Part shown: positions 8,901 to 19,275 of the stretch, piece after piece | How positions within the stretch are numbered: position 1 is the stretch's first letter | How the letters are laid out: each line of letters opens with the position of its first letter | Source: an uncultured candidate division Zixibacteria bacterium | GTDB taxonomy: Bacteria > Zixibacteria > MSB-5A5 > GN15 > FEB-12 | Assembly (NCBI GenBank): GCA_963664195.1 | Contig: OY760907.1 | Location: 2,336,001-2,400,000, forward strand | Reading direction: 5' to 3' | DNA: 64,000 nt | The notes under the pieces: generated by a model | Told to the model about the DNA's origin: nothing | Databases searched by the model: none | The model's input: the letters and a program-made list of their open reading frames with translations, nothing else | Program-made: the position numbers and the translations under genes

Positions 8901-10850
8901 ATGTCCTTCACGCGCCCGATTATCAGCTCCACCTGCACTCTAGTAATTCTGCTTCTCATCTCTTGCTCCGTGTATTCTCAGGACTGGGGGAAAATCTCCG
9001 ATGAGGAATGGCGTGCGGGGGCACCCGAAGACTATCCTGAGGCCAATGCTATAATCCTGTTCGACAAGGCAGCCATGCATGTCGGCTCGGACGTGATCAA
9101 GATAGACTACCACACGAGAGTTAAGATTCTAAACCAGGCCGGTGTGGAGGAGGCAGGCGATTGGTCACTGACATTTGATGAGGAATACGACAAGGTCAAG
9201 GGGTTCAAGGCCCACACGATCACACCGGACGGCAAAAAGCACAAGGTGGAAAAAGATGCGATTTTCGAGAAAGAAGTTGGTCGTTGGACAGAACGATCCT
9301 TCACTTTTCCTGCGCTGGAGCCGGGGACGATTCTCGAATACAAGTATCAGATACGTACCGAGCGCTTCTGGTACCTGAAACCGCGATTCTTCCAAAATTA
9401 CCTGTACACAATGCTGTCGGAGTTTTCGGTGACGCTTGTTGCCGGTTGGTCATACGATGTCTCATACCAGAACATCCATCCTCGATTGCAGACGCCGGTT
9501 GTCGTTGAAGTGCCTAATCCGAATCCCACTTTCGGTCACGTCAGCAAGATGAAGAAGTACACCTGGAAGCTGGTTGACCTGGTCCCTATGAACGACGAGC
9601 CATACATGAGTTCTATCGATGACTATCGGTCTTCAATGAGGTTCCAGATCGAATCCTACCGTACACCGACCGGTATTCAGACGTTCAAGAAGAGTTGGAG
9701 CGAGATCGGAGAGGACCTGCAGAGGGACTTCGGGACATACTTCAACAAAGGGGGCAAGCTCAAGGATATTGTGACGCAAATCACTGCCGGCCTGACCGAC
9801 GACCGGGACAAGTCGCGCGCCCTTTTTGATTACGTGAAATCGGAGATCGCCACGCTTGAGCACAATTACTGGTACTGGTTTGCTCACGAGAAATTCTCCA
9901 AGTTGTTGGAGGTGCAGGGAGAGACGGCGTCCGGCAAAAACCTCCTGCTGGCGGAGCTGCACAAGGAAGCCGGGTTGGTCGCGTACCCTGTCCTCATCAG
10001 CACCAGGGCAAATGGGAAACTTGATCCCTCGTTTCCGAATATTCAACAGTTCAACAGAGTTGTCGCCTTCGTTCAACTTGGCAACGAATGGGAGTTCCTG
10101 GATACTTCAAACAGGAATGCTGTGTACGGTTTGCTCCCCCCCTACTGTCTGTCCGATGCGGGTCTGCTGATCGACGGCAAGCAGTCGGAACTGGTGCGAG
10201 TCACGACAAAGTCAGCCAATTCCTACAGGGCCGACGAGACAAGAATGCACGTGGATGCCGAAGGCCTCGTGACCTGCAGTACCTCGTGCCAATTCAGCGG
10301 GTATTGCGCGGCAAGCTATGGCCGACAGTACGATGAGTCAAAGCCGGATGAGTTTGTCGAGGAACGCATTATTGATAAACTTGATGTTCCCTGTAATCTG
10401 GGCGATTACCATTGCGAGATGGACAGTCTCAACGAGTTTCATATGTACGTCAACTACACATCCGAAGACCTTGCGCGGTCCCTCGATGACAATATCCTCG
10501 TGAAACCGGTTAGTTATGACTTTCGCACGAACCCGTTTGAGAGCGAACGGCGCTACTTTCCTGTTGATTTCGCCTATCCCAGAGTCTACCTGAATACGGT
10601 TCGGATTTTCAGTGAGGACGAAGCCGTTTCACTGGTGCTTCCGGAGGACATTCTGAAGGAGAGGGCGGGGATTACGTTCAAGAGGAATAGTTACATTGAA
10701 GATTCCTGTGTGGTGGTTGTGTCTCGATTAGAGATTGCAGAGCCCCTATTTTCACCTCGTGAGTACGGTAGTTTGAGACACCTGTTCGAAGACATTGCGA
10801 TTGCTTCTGAAGACGAAGTTGCGATAGTGCTTTCAGAGAGTGATCTGTAG
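8901..10850 (+). CDS. Secreted DUF3857 + transglutaminase-like domain protein, probably catalytically inactive
   Basis: ATG after GGAGG; signal peptide; YPEANAIILFD, FTFPALEPGTILEYKY, YPVLISTR, FLDTS, ERRYFPVDF; no GDCKD Cys motif. Confidence 0.82.
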   Translation: MSFTRPIISSTCTLVILLLISCSVYSQDWGKISDEEWRAGAPEDYPEANAIILFDKAAMHVGSDVIKIDYHTRVKILNQAGVEEAGDWSLTFDEEYDKVKGFKAHTITPDGKKHKVEKDAIFEKEVGRWTERSFTFPALEPGTILEYKYQIRTERFWYLKPRFFQNYLYTMLSEFSVTLVAGWSYDVSYQNIHPRLQTPVVVEVPNPNPTFGHVSKMKKYTWKLVDLVPMNDEPYMSSIDDYRSSMRFQIESYRTPTGIQTFKKSWSEIGEDLQRDFGTYFNKGGKLKDIVTQITAGLTDDRDKSRALFDYVKSEIATLEHNYWYWFAHEKFSKLLEVQGETASGKNLLLAELHKEAGLVAYPVLISTRANGKLDPSFPNIQQFNRVVAFVQLGNEWEFLDTSNRNAVYGLLPPYCLSDAGLLIDGKQSELVRVTTKSANSYRADETRMHVDAEGLVTCSTSCQFSGYCAASYGRQYDESKPDEFVEERIIDKLDVPCNLGDYHCEMDSLNEFHMYVNYTSEDLARSLDDNILVKPVSYDFRTNPFESERRYFPVDFAYPRVYLNTVRIFSEDEAVSLVLPEDILKERAGITFKRNSYIEDSCVVVVSRLEIAEPLFSPREYGSLRHLFEDIAIASEDEVAIVLSESDL

Positions 10851-12776
10851 ATGGGCTACGTCTCAGACGAGCAATCATGCGCGGGGAGGGCTGCGCTACA
10901 TGCCTTGATATCTGCAACAGTCGGCTATGTTTTCTTGGCGCTGGTTATCTCTGGCGCCGGTTCTCTCGCATATGCTGAATCAGACGAGGGAGCTGTCTAT
11001 GACTACGAACGTTGGGATTGTCGTATCGGCGAAGATGGAAGCAGCCTGACGCTCAAATGCTCGGCCAAACGTACAATCGAAAGCGCCGTGGGGGAGGGGT
11101 ACAATCGATTGTCTCTTCACGTTGGCAGGTTCAGCGAATTGAAATCTGTTTGCGCTCGTGTCATCGACGCGCAGGGAAAACAGGTGTACGAGCGGAAGAA
11201 GGGTGACTTTGAGAAGGCCAGCGGATATGACGGAAGCTCTCTCTACAGTGACGACTGCACGTACTTCTCCGAGCTGAAGGCGGCGCAGTTTCCGTACTCG
11301 ATTGAATACGAATACGAAGTGGAGCATCGTTCGCTGTTCTTCTGGCCCGATGTCTGGCTGCAGTACAGTATTCCGATTACGGAAGCGGCATACACTTTGC
11401 ACGCTCCACGCGGATTTCAGTTCGATTACAAGATGTTCGGCGAGAATGTTGAATTTTCACGAGGCGGCAACTCATACGGTGACGTCTACTCTTGGAGATC
11501 GCGAAACGTGCCGGCACTCGACGATGTCGATTACGTGCCGGCCGGCGATCAGGAACGAAGGCGTGTCGTGTTTTCTCCGAAACGCTTCGCCATGGATTCC
11601 TACGAGTGCACCGACAACACCTGGAAGGCAATTGGTGACTGGTATCTTGATCTGACCGCCGAGCAGTACTTGAGTGCTATGCCGGAAGGTGTCTCAATCG
11701 CCGGTGACTCGCAGCAGGAGATTGCGAAAGCGTGTTACGATGAAGTCGTCAACCACACGCGGTATGTTGCCGTCCAAATCGGCGTTGGTGGCTGGCAACC
11801 CTATGCTGCTGAATTGACGTGGGAGCGCGGCTACGGCGATTGCAAGGATATGTCGACGCTTCTCGTGTCGCTGCTCAGGCTGAACGGAATTGAGGCGTAT
11901 CCCGTACTGATACGCACCAGAGACCGGAGACCGCTCGACGTCGAGTTCCCGAGTACAGGATTCGGTCATGTGATAACGGTCGCTGTCGCAGACGGGGATA
12001 CGGTGTGGATGGACCCCACCTGCGATAAGTGTGAGTACGGCGATCTGCCGTGGTCGGATGAAGATGTTGAAGTGGTTGTCGTCACAAATCGTGGAGGCGA
12101 GATATGGAGAACTGCGGCCAGTGAGTGTGACGACAATTCGACTGTACGCAAGAGTCATATTGCTATCGCGGCCAACGGCAGGGCGAGTCTTGCTGTCGAG
12201 TATTGCGTTTCCGGTAACTATGCCAGGTATCTTCGCGACTACATTCCGGGCCTGGACCAGGACGAACTGAAGCGGTTTGTGGGGCGAAGATTGCCCGGTG
12301 GAGAAAAGCGGTATCGCGTCTTGTCGCATGAGATACTGAACCTTGAGGATCGTGAGGCACCGCTGGTCATCAACATTGAAGGGAGCCGTATCAAGAAGTT
12401 GGACAAAATCGGCAAAAAGCTCTACTGCAGTCCCTATGAGTTTTTCGAATTGAGTGATCGCGAGGAGGAGGAGTTTGACGGCCGTGAATATCCGCTCGAC
12501 CTCGTTTATCCGGATGTAATTGTTGATTCCGTTACGGTGACTTGGGATGAGAATGTCTCTGCAGACTCTATAGCAGTGCCCCGGGCAGACAGTGCAGTGT
12601 TTCCGTTTGGAGAAGTGCATACGAACTCGGAGATCGCAGGAGATACAGTTCGCGTCAGTTTCAGCAAGGCCTATCATGCGTATTCCGTAGACACGTCACA
12701 ATTCGTTGATTTTGAAACCTTTAGGAAGAAGATCAAGAAGATTGGCAAACGCAACGTCAAGCTGATCGGCAACTGA
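10851..12776 (+). CDS. DUF3857 + transglutaminase-like domain protein (Cys-His-Asp triad intact)
   Basis: RYVAVQIGVGGWQP, GYGDCKD, FGHVITV, WMDPT; abuts the previous gene. Exact start uncertain. Confidence 0.85.
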   Translation: MGYVSDEQSCAGRAALHALISATVGYVFLALVISGAGSLAYAESDEGAVYDYERWDCRIGEDGSSLTLKCSAKRTIESAVGEGYNRLSLHVGRFSELKSVCARVIDAQGKQVYERKKGDFEKASGYDGSSLYSDDCTYFSELKAAQFPYSIEYEYEVEHRSLFFWPDVWLQYSIPITEAAYTLHAPRGFQFDYKMFGENVEFSRGGNSYGDVYSWRSRNVPALDDVDYVPAGDQERRRVVFSPKRFAMDSYECTDNTWKAIGDWYLDLTAEQYLSAMPEGVSIAGDSQQEIAKACYDEVVNHTRYVAVQIGVGGWQPYAAELTWERGYGDCKDMSTLLVSLLRLNGIEAYPVLIRTRDRRPLDVEFPSTGFGHVITVAVADGDTVWMDPTCDKCEYGDLPWSDEDVEVVVVTNRGGEIWRTAASECDDNSTVRKSHIAIAANGRASLAVEYCVSGNYARYLRDYIPGLDQDELKRFVGRRLPGGEKRYRVLSHEILNLEDREAPLVINIEGSRIKKLDKIGKKLYCSPYEFFELSDREEEEFDGREYPLDLVYPDVIVDSVTVTWDENVSADSIAVPRADSAVFPFGEVHTNSEIAGDTVRVSFSKAYHAYSVDTSQFVDFETFRKKIKKIGKRNVKLIGN

Positions 12777-12879
12777 TCGAGTCGTCTGCGCGTTCCTCTC
12801 CGCGCTTTTTGTTGACGAGATACATCCGCTTTCCCTACGGTGTCAGCAGTAACCTAACCTCGAATCAGAGGATTCTGCT

Positions 12880-13881
12880 ATGAAGAACAATCGAATGCTG
12901 CATGTGGCGACATTTCTCTCAGCGGGCGCGGCGCTGGCTCTCGCGACTGTGAGTGCCGCTGAGTTGACACGGGACCAGCAGGACATCGCGACCTTCTCTA
13001 TCGTTGCTCATGACTCGATAACAGGAGAACTCGGTGTGGCTGTTGCCTCGCGGTTTTTTGCTGTGGGCAGTGTGGTGCCCTGGGCAGAGGCAGGTGTGGG
13101 GGCGGTGGCGACGCAGTCTTTTGCCAACACGACTTTCGGTTCGCGCGGGTTGGAGTTGCTCGACAAGGGGCTTACTCCCGATGAGGCTATGGAGGTGTTG
13201 CTTCGCGGCGACGACAAACCGGAGCGACGTCAGGTGGGCATAGTATCAGCCGATGGCAGCTCGGCCACCTACACGGGAACGGGCTGCATGGATTGGGCCG
13301 GGGGGCGTCGCGGAGTCGGGTATGCCGTGCAGGGGAATATCCTCGCCGGGGAAACTGTCGTGACAGCAATGGAAAGCGCCTATCTTGAAACCGAGGGCAC
13401 TCTGGCCGATCGCTTGTACGCGGCTTTGCTGGCAGGTGAGGCAAACGGGGGAGACTCACGTGGAAAGCAGTCCGCGGCTCTGCTCGTCGTCAGGGAAGGA
13501 GCCGGTTATGGAGGATACACGGATAGGGCTATTGACATACGTGTCGATGACCATGCCGAACCGTTTATGGAGCTTGGTCGTATTCTCAAACTAGCCCAGG
13601 TCAACTATGCCTGGAACGATGCCTGGACTTTGTTCACGCAGGAGATGTTTGCCGAGGCCTTGCCGTATATGGAGCATACTGCCGCGTTGGCTCCGGAACA
13701 TCCGGAAGTGCTTTATGATCTGGCGGTGATTCGTCTGGCGGCAGGAAACGTCGAGGAGGCGATGGCTGCTCTTGAGAAAGCGCTGAAGCTCAATCCGAAA
13801 CTGGTCGCCGGTGCGAGAACGGACGGGGATCTCGATGCGCTTCGGGGGCGAGAGGATTTCGAAGTGCTGATTGAAGAGTGA
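12880..13881 (+). CDS. DUF1028 (Ntn-hydrolase-like) protein with signal peptide and C-terminal TPR
   Basis: TFSIVAHD..GELGVAVAS..FAVGSVVPW, VQGNILAG, GGDSRGKQSAAL, DIRVDDH; TPR-like YDLAVIRLAAGNVEEAMAALEKALKLNP. Confidence 0.88.
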   Translation: MKNNRMLHVATFLSAGAALALATVSAAELTRDQQDIATFSIVAHDSITGELGVAVASRFFAVGSVVPWAEAGVGAVATQSFANTTFGSRGLELLDKGLTPDEAMEVLLRGDDKPERRQVGIVSADGSSATYTGTGCMDWAGGRRGVGYAVQGNILAGETVVTAMESAYLETEGTLADRLYAALLAGEANGGDSRGKQSAALLVVREGAGYGGYTDRAIDIRVDDHAEPFMELGRILKLAQVNYAWNDAWTLFTQEMFAEALPYMEHTAALAPEHPEVLYDLAVIRLAAGNVEEAMAALEKALKLNPKLVAGARTDGDLDALRGREDFEVLIEE

Positions 13882-14084
13882 TCAAGCGGCAAACACTTTC
13901 TACTTATCGATGCTTCGCGTAGAGTGAGGAGAACTCCGGGGCCTGCCCGTTTTGCATGTTGCCAAGTGTCAATAGTGATTGCAGTTTCCGTTTTGACTAA
14001 ACAAAAACGCACGCGGTCCGTAAGTAAAGGGATGGATAAGAGAAGACTTGTTTTACTCCCCTGCAGATTCGGAGATATCTCTTT

Positions 14085-16466
14085 ATGAAATGCCGCAACT
14101 ACCTGGTGATAGCTTTGATGTCGATTACGTTGATCGCATTGGAGTTATCCTGGACCCGGATTTTCTCGGCTGAATTCTTCTACACTTTTGCGTTTCTTGT
14201 ACTCTCGCTGGCGATACTAGGCCTCGGTTTCGGGGCACTCGCGCTCCGGCTTCTGCCGTTGTTGAATCGGGAGTCGATGCTCGGCGTGTATCTGTCACTG
14301 ACCGGACTGATGGCGATCATCGGTCCGATACTCGTTTTCAAAATCGGTCTTGATTTCTCCCAGTTGTTCAGCAACTGGGGTATGATTGGCAAATTTCTCG
14401 TCACGGTCATACTTCTGAGTTCGGCCTTCTTCTGGGGCGGTATTGGTTTGGCGATGCTGTTTAAACGGAATCACGAGGACATGCCACGATTGTATATGGC
14501 CGACCTTGTAGGTGCCGGTGTGGGGGTGGTTGCGATCATCTGGCTGATGAATACGTTCGGAACCCCGGCGGCAACGTTCCTGATTGCTTTCCCTATTCTC
14601 ATAGCCGCTCTCCTGACCAGCAAGGGGGCGATGAAGGCTGTACCGATCGTGTTGGCTCTGGCTGTCGTCTGGCTCTGCCCGAAGGCCCCCGGCCTGCTTG
14701 AGGTCGAGGGGCAGGACCGTGCCCCGGTCATCTACAAACACTGGGATGCGATGGCCAAGATCAAGGTGTATGATTTCAACGGTTACTACCGTGGTATTGA
14801 AATCGACAACACGGCCAACTCGCCGATTCCGCCGTTCGACGGTGATTTCAACTATGACGATACAACTTCCAACGATTGGTCTATCAACGTTGCTAACCTG
14901 ATTGATCGGTTCGACTCCTGTGTTTTTCTGTCTCTGGGTGCCGGTGGCGGAATGGATGTGCTTCAGGGACTGGCCGAACAGGCAGCCGAGGTTCATGCGG
15001 TCGAGGTCAACCCGCATATCAACCACATGATGCAGCACGGTGATCCCGACGGCTATATCGATTTTGATCCGCCGGCAGAGGATACCACGGTTCAAGAGGA
15101 GCCGGAGGTCGATTCTGCCGGACAAGCTGTTGCGCAGCAACCACCGCCGTATGTGCCGAATTTCCGAGACTCGACCGGTGCGATTATTACCAGCGACAAG
15201 TACTCCGGGAATATCTACAACGATCCGAGAGTGATTGTTGTCTCGGAGGACGCTCGTACGTACGTGAAGCGATTCGAGAACAAATTCGATGTTATCTACT
15301 CGCTAAGTTCCAACACGTGGGCCGCTCTGGCCTCTGGGTCATTTGCCCTGGCGGAGAATTACCTGTTTACCACCGAGGCGTTCATCGACTACTGGAATTG
15401 CCTCAGTGACAGCGGATTCCTTTCAATGGAACATCAGGTGTACATGCCGCGATTGGTATCAGAGTTGACTGATGCGCTGGAGATACTCGGAGTTGAAGAA
15501 CCGACCGATCACTTTGCGATCTACGATATGCCAAACGCCCGAAGGAAGCTGCTGCTGGTTTCAAAACAACCTCTCACAGAGGAGATTGTCGCCAGCGCGT
15601 ACGGACCCCTCGAAGCTGGCGGTGCCTATTCCAAGTATTTGCTTTACCCCGCCGCAGATTCGCTCAAAGACAATCTCATCAATCGCATCGTACAAAACGG
15701 ATGGGAGGGGATAGAGGATGCGCCGGTTGATCTCTCACCGTGCACTGATGATCGTCCGTTCGTCGCGCAGCTGGGACTGTGGAAAAATCTTAGCTGGGAG
15801 CGTTTCGACAAGGTTGGCAAGTTTGCTGATTTCGGCGGTTTTCCGCTGTCGAAGGTGATCATCCTGATTATCCTTGGCGTGGTTATCCTGATCGTTCTCC
15901 CGATCAATCTGATTCCGTACTTCTTAAAAGGGGACAAGCTCAAGGCGGTGCCCTGGCTGTACTTCTTCACGATTGGCATGGCTTTCATGATGGTGGAGGT
16001 AGTGCTCATCCAGAAGTATGCGTTGTTCATTGGGGCATCGATCTACTGCATGGCCACCGTGCTGCTTACACTCCTGGTAGCATCCGGCATCGGCAGTCGA
16101 TTCAGTCAGAGTTTTAGCCACCGCACGGCATTTTTCGGTATTGTTGGATGGATACTGCTCGACGCGCTTGTGTTCCCATTCGTTACCGGCGGGCTGAGTG
16201 GTCTGACGCTAGTCCCAAGAATCATGGCCACGGCGCTGCTTCTATTCCCGCTTGGGTTCTTCATGGGGATGCCTTTCCCGAAGGGGACCAGGCGAGTTGG
16301 AGAGTTGATTGACTGGGGCTTTGCGGTCAATGGAGCCGCCTCGGTGTTGGGTGCGACGCTTGTAGTACTGGTTGCCTTTTCCTACGGTTTTGCTGCGGCG
16401 CTCATACTGGGTGCGGTACTGTACCTGGTGGCATACATGCTGATGTCCGCCAAGTCATCCTGGTGA
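14085..16466 (+). CDS. Multi-pass membrane protein with a central spermidine-synthase-like SAM-binding domain
   Basis: N- and C-terminal TM bundles; LYMADLVGAG, LGAGGGMDV, AVEVNP, EDARTYV, ENYLFTTEAF, TDDRPF, GFFMGMPFP. Confidence 0.82.
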   Translation: MKCRNYLVIALMSITLIALELSWTRIFSAEFFYTFAFLVLSLAILGLGFGALALRLLPLLNRESMLGVYLSLTGLMAIIGPILVFKIGLDFSQLFSNWGMIGKFLVTVILLSSAFFWGGIGLAMLFKRNHEDMPRLYMADLVGAGVGVVAIIWLMNTFGTPAATFLIAFPILIAALLTSKGAMKAVPIVLALAVVWLCPKAPGLLEVEGQDRAPVIYKHWDAMAKIKVYDFNGYYRGIEIDNTANSPIPPFDGDFNYDDTTSNDWSINVANLIDRFDSCVFLSLGAGGGMDVLQGLAEQAAEVHAVEVNPHINHMMQHGDPDGYIDFDPPAEDTTVQEEPEVDSAGQAVAQQPPPYVPNFRDSTGAIITSDKYSGNIYNDPRVIVVSEDARTYVKRFENKFDVIYSLSSNTWAALASGSFALAENYLFTTEAFIDYWNCLSDSGFLSMEHQVYMPRLVSELTDALEILGVEEPTDHFAIYDMPNARRKLLLVSKQPLTEEIVASAYGPLEAGGAYSKYLLYPAADSLKDNLINRIVQNGWEGIEDAPVDLSPCTDDRPFVAQLGLWKNLSWERFDKVGKFADFGGFPLSKVIILIILGVVILIVLPINLIPYFLKGDKLKAVPWLYFFTIGMAFMMVEVVLIQKYALFIGASIYCMATVLLTLLVASGIGSRFSQSFSHRTAFFGIVGWILLDALVFPFVTGGLSGLTLVPRIMATALLLFPLGFFMGMPFPKGTRRVGELIDWGFAVNGAASVLGATLVVLVAFSYGFAAALILGAVLYLVAYMLMSAKSSW

Positions 16467-16618
16467 CGACAGAGACAATTGTTCCTGTCCGCACGGCGTT
16501 TTCGGTTCAACCGGGAGCGTCGTGTTCCTTTTGTGGGAGTGAGGACGGCAAATTCGTCGGGTTTCTGCCGCCCACGGATTAGTGGATGGAGTATCAAGAA
16601 GGCTGAGGTGGGTAGAAT

Positions 16619-16657
16619 GACGAAGGCCGCCCGGTGTGCTCGGGGGCGGCCTTCGTC
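16619..16657. terminator. Perfect 14-bp hairpin between convergent genes
   Basis: GACGAAGGCCGCCC-N11-GGGCGGCCTTCGTC. Confidence 0.65.
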
Positions 16658-16684
16658 GTCTATGATACTGTCGGTCCGGGTGTC

Positions 16685-16915
16685 TTACGGACAGGGCGGA
16701 AGCGGATCGAGGCTGATGAACAGGTGGTCGATCAGCACCGTCAGATCACTCATCGTGATCAACCTGTCAGGACTCATGTCAATGTTGCCCTCGTCCTCAC
16801 ATTCTAACGGATCGAGGCTGATGAACAGATGGTCGATCAGCACAGTCAGGTCACCCATAGTGATCAGGTTGTCAATTGAGTTGTCGACATTGCCTACCGA
16901 GGAACCACGACAACA
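16685..16915 (-). repeat. Dockerin-coding module, copy 2
   Basis: [37 protein letters not shown]...PPCP; same 231-bp length as copy 1. Confidence 0.85.
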
Positions 16916-18907
16916 ACTGAATTGCAGGGCGCCATCTTGAAGGTCCGGCACATAGGTCCCGGCGTACGTGGTCACATTCGGTGTGAAAGCACCGTAAGAA
17001 GTAAACGAAATCGGGTTGGGCGCTTCATCAGCAGTCTCCGGTACGGTGAAGAACAACCGCAGAATCGGACCGTCGCCCGGTTCCAGATAAGGTTCGGTGC
17101 CGGAATTCGATGCGTTGAGGAATACGGTATATCGATAGTTGTTCGGGTCGATACTGGAATACGAAACGATTTCAAAGTAATCGGTGCGGCAGCCGTTGGT
17201 GGTGCAGGAGTCGTACTCGAGATCCATCGGTCCGTCGTACGTGAAGGGGATCAGCATCTCCTTCAACGGAAGGTGGTTGTGAATGTTCACATCGACCACG
17301 ACGTGGTCGCCCGGATCAACTGCCACTTCAGCAATTCTCATGGTGTCAGCATATGCAGAAACCAGACCGTCGTAAGTCTTGGTCATCGGACCCTGTGCTG
17401 TAGTCATCGTCACCGAAACGCCGTAGAAGCCTGCCTCAGTGTACTCGTGCGTGGGATACTGTACGTCGGCCGTGCCGCCGTCACCGAAGGTCCAGTGCCA
17501 GTCGGAGACGTCGATGCCGAACACTTCTGCAGAGAAATCAACGTCGAGTGGCAGCGGCCCGTAGTTGTTGGTTGCGCCAATCTGGGCCTTGAGGCCGCTC
17601 AGGCCCTTGATGCAGAAGTTTGCTGAAGAGTCGACATTGTACAGGTCCAGCCATGTCGAGCCGGATTTGTAGTAACTCTGGCCTGGCTTGGAGTCGGACT
17701 CCACAATGGTGCGCGTGCTTGCGCCGAGCAGGACCGGAATGTCTGAAGTACAGTCATACGCCTGCCCGCCGGCAGAAAGGCTCACGTAGATGTAGAAATC
17801 GTCGTTGCGTGCAAGTTCGACAACCTCCGGTAGGTCGATGGTATGAAATCCGCGATACTGAATTGTGCCGGTAGTGCTAACCAGTTCGTCTTGGAGCTGA
17901 CCTCCCACGAAGCTGTCGTAGACTTTGGCCGTATAAGTGACGTTGTTAGCGGCGGTGTAGAAACTGACCGCTCGGAGGACATCATCGTCGACCGCCGTGA
18001 ATGCATTGAAGGCCTCATTGGCCGATGTGCGTGTGTCGCGCCAGCCGTGGTAGTCGTGGTAGTACACATGGTCGTACTGCATTGGCTCGACATCCTGGAA
18101 CGAAACAGCTCCCATTTCCGGGTTGGCACCGCAATGTTTGTCGTAATAGGAAATCCAGAAGAAGCCGCCGAACCCCCATCCGGTTCCCCAGCTGTTTTTG
18201 CAGAGCCAGGCGCCGTTGCCGGAGGCTTGCGTGTCCTTGTTGTCGTCCCAGCCAACGATAGAGACAGCGTGGTTCGGATCCAGAGAACTCCACGACGGTT
18301 GGTAATGAATGTAGTTTTCCATGAAATCACCGGAGGACATCAAGCAGGTACCGATAACCCCTTCGGTCATGATGATCTCTTTGATCGTATTGATATTGCT
18401 GAGGTTCGTTCCGACGGTGAACCATTCTATGTCGCGGGCATAGTAATAGTGATAGCTCGGCAGATATCTCTCAGGCGCCACGCCGAACGATTGGGCGTCA
18501 ATATCACGTACAGCACCCTCTCCGCGGGAGAAATAAGCCGCGGTTACGAGATAGTCGCCACCTTCGTGCGGGACCAGGCCCTGACCTGTAGGCGGGTCCA
18601 GGTCATCGTTGTTGTTGGTGTTGAACCCGTTCCACCAGTCGAGATGATACTCGGCCATGTTCGGCTCGCCGGTTTCGCCGGCGTCTTCCCAGACACCTGT
18701 CATAAGCAGATTGCCCTCGACAGAAGCCATGGAACCGTGAGTCCAGCAGGTTCCGCCAAGCTGGTCCTTAACGGAAGTGACGTAGTTCGTACCGTTGTAA
18801 TCACGCAGATCGAAACTTGTCGGCGGATCCGCGAGGAGCGGAGTGACCGGGAAAAGCACCGCCGCGAGCACGGCAAATACCAGAATAGACAGACCTGTCC
18901 TTTTCAT
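16685..18907 (-). CDS. Secreted papain-family (C1A) cysteine peptidase with lectin-like, PKD, cohesin-like and dockerin domains
   Basis: ATG after GGAG; signal peptide; [48 protein letters not shown]; terminal dockerin. Confidence 0.9.
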   Translation of the reverse strand: MKRTGLSILVFAVLAAVLFPVTPLLADPPTSFDLRDYNGTNYVTSVKDQLGGTCWTHGSMASVEGNLLMTGVWEDAGETGEPNMAEYHLDWWNGFNTNNNDDLDPPTGQGLVPHEGGDYLVTAAYFSRGEGAVRDIDAQSFGVAPERYLPSYHYYYARDIEWFTVGTNLSNINTIKEIIMTEGVIGTCLMSSGDFMENYIHYQPSWSSLDPNHAVSIVGWDDNKDTQASGNGAWLCKNSWGTGWGFGGFFWISYYDKHCGANPEMGAVSFQDVEPMQYDHVYYHDYHGWRDTRTSANEAFNAFTAVDDDVLRAVSFYTAANNVTYTAKVYDSFVGGQLQDELVSTTGTIQYRGFHTIDLPEVVELARNDDFYIYVSLSAGGQAYDCTSDIPVLLGASTRTIVESDSKPGQSYYKSGSTWLDLYNVDSSANFCIKGLSGLKAQIGATNNYGPLPLDVDFSAEVFGIDVSDWHWTFGDGGTADVQYPTHEYTEAGFYGVSVTMTTAQGPMTKTYDGLVSAYADTMRIAEVAVDPGDHVVVDVNIHNHLPLKEMLIPFTYDGPMDLEYDSCTTNGCRTDYFEIVSYSSIDPNNYRYTVFLNASNSGTEPYLEPGDGPILRLFFTVPETADEAPNPISFTSYGAFTPNVTTYAGTYVPDLQDGALQFSCCRGSSVGNVDNSIDNLITMGDLTVLIDHLFISLDPLECEDEGNIDMSPDRLITMSDLTVLIDHLFISLDPLPPCP

Positions 18908-19275
18908 TTCTTCTCCGAAAATTAGACTATGAGTGCTGCATTGGAATCTCGTCGGCATGAACCTGCGGGCTGGTAACCTTCGATGCTGCCGGCTGAACTT
19001 CTACAATATAGCAAAAATACTGATTTCGTCAATGATTGAGACTGTTCACGGCTCAATTCACATCATGACGCGCACGCGTAGTGTTTTGTGCAATAACAAT
19101 ATAGAACAGTTCTGGGGGGTGTGTCCGAGGTCTCGAATCGGTGATGCTTTCGGTCTGCGGATCGACGATTCAATGATCTGGCTGATTAGGAGTGAGAATG
19201 ATTACCGCAAGCAGATCCGGCCGGGAAGGGCCGGAACCGGGCGGATTTCTCATCGCAGAGGCTGCGTTTGCGTGC

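Noticed and set aside
8379..16915. Dockerin repeats as DGR template/variable repeats
   Set aside because: Differences include many synonymous C/T changes rather than adenine-specific ones, both copies are coding, and no reverse transcriptase is in the window.
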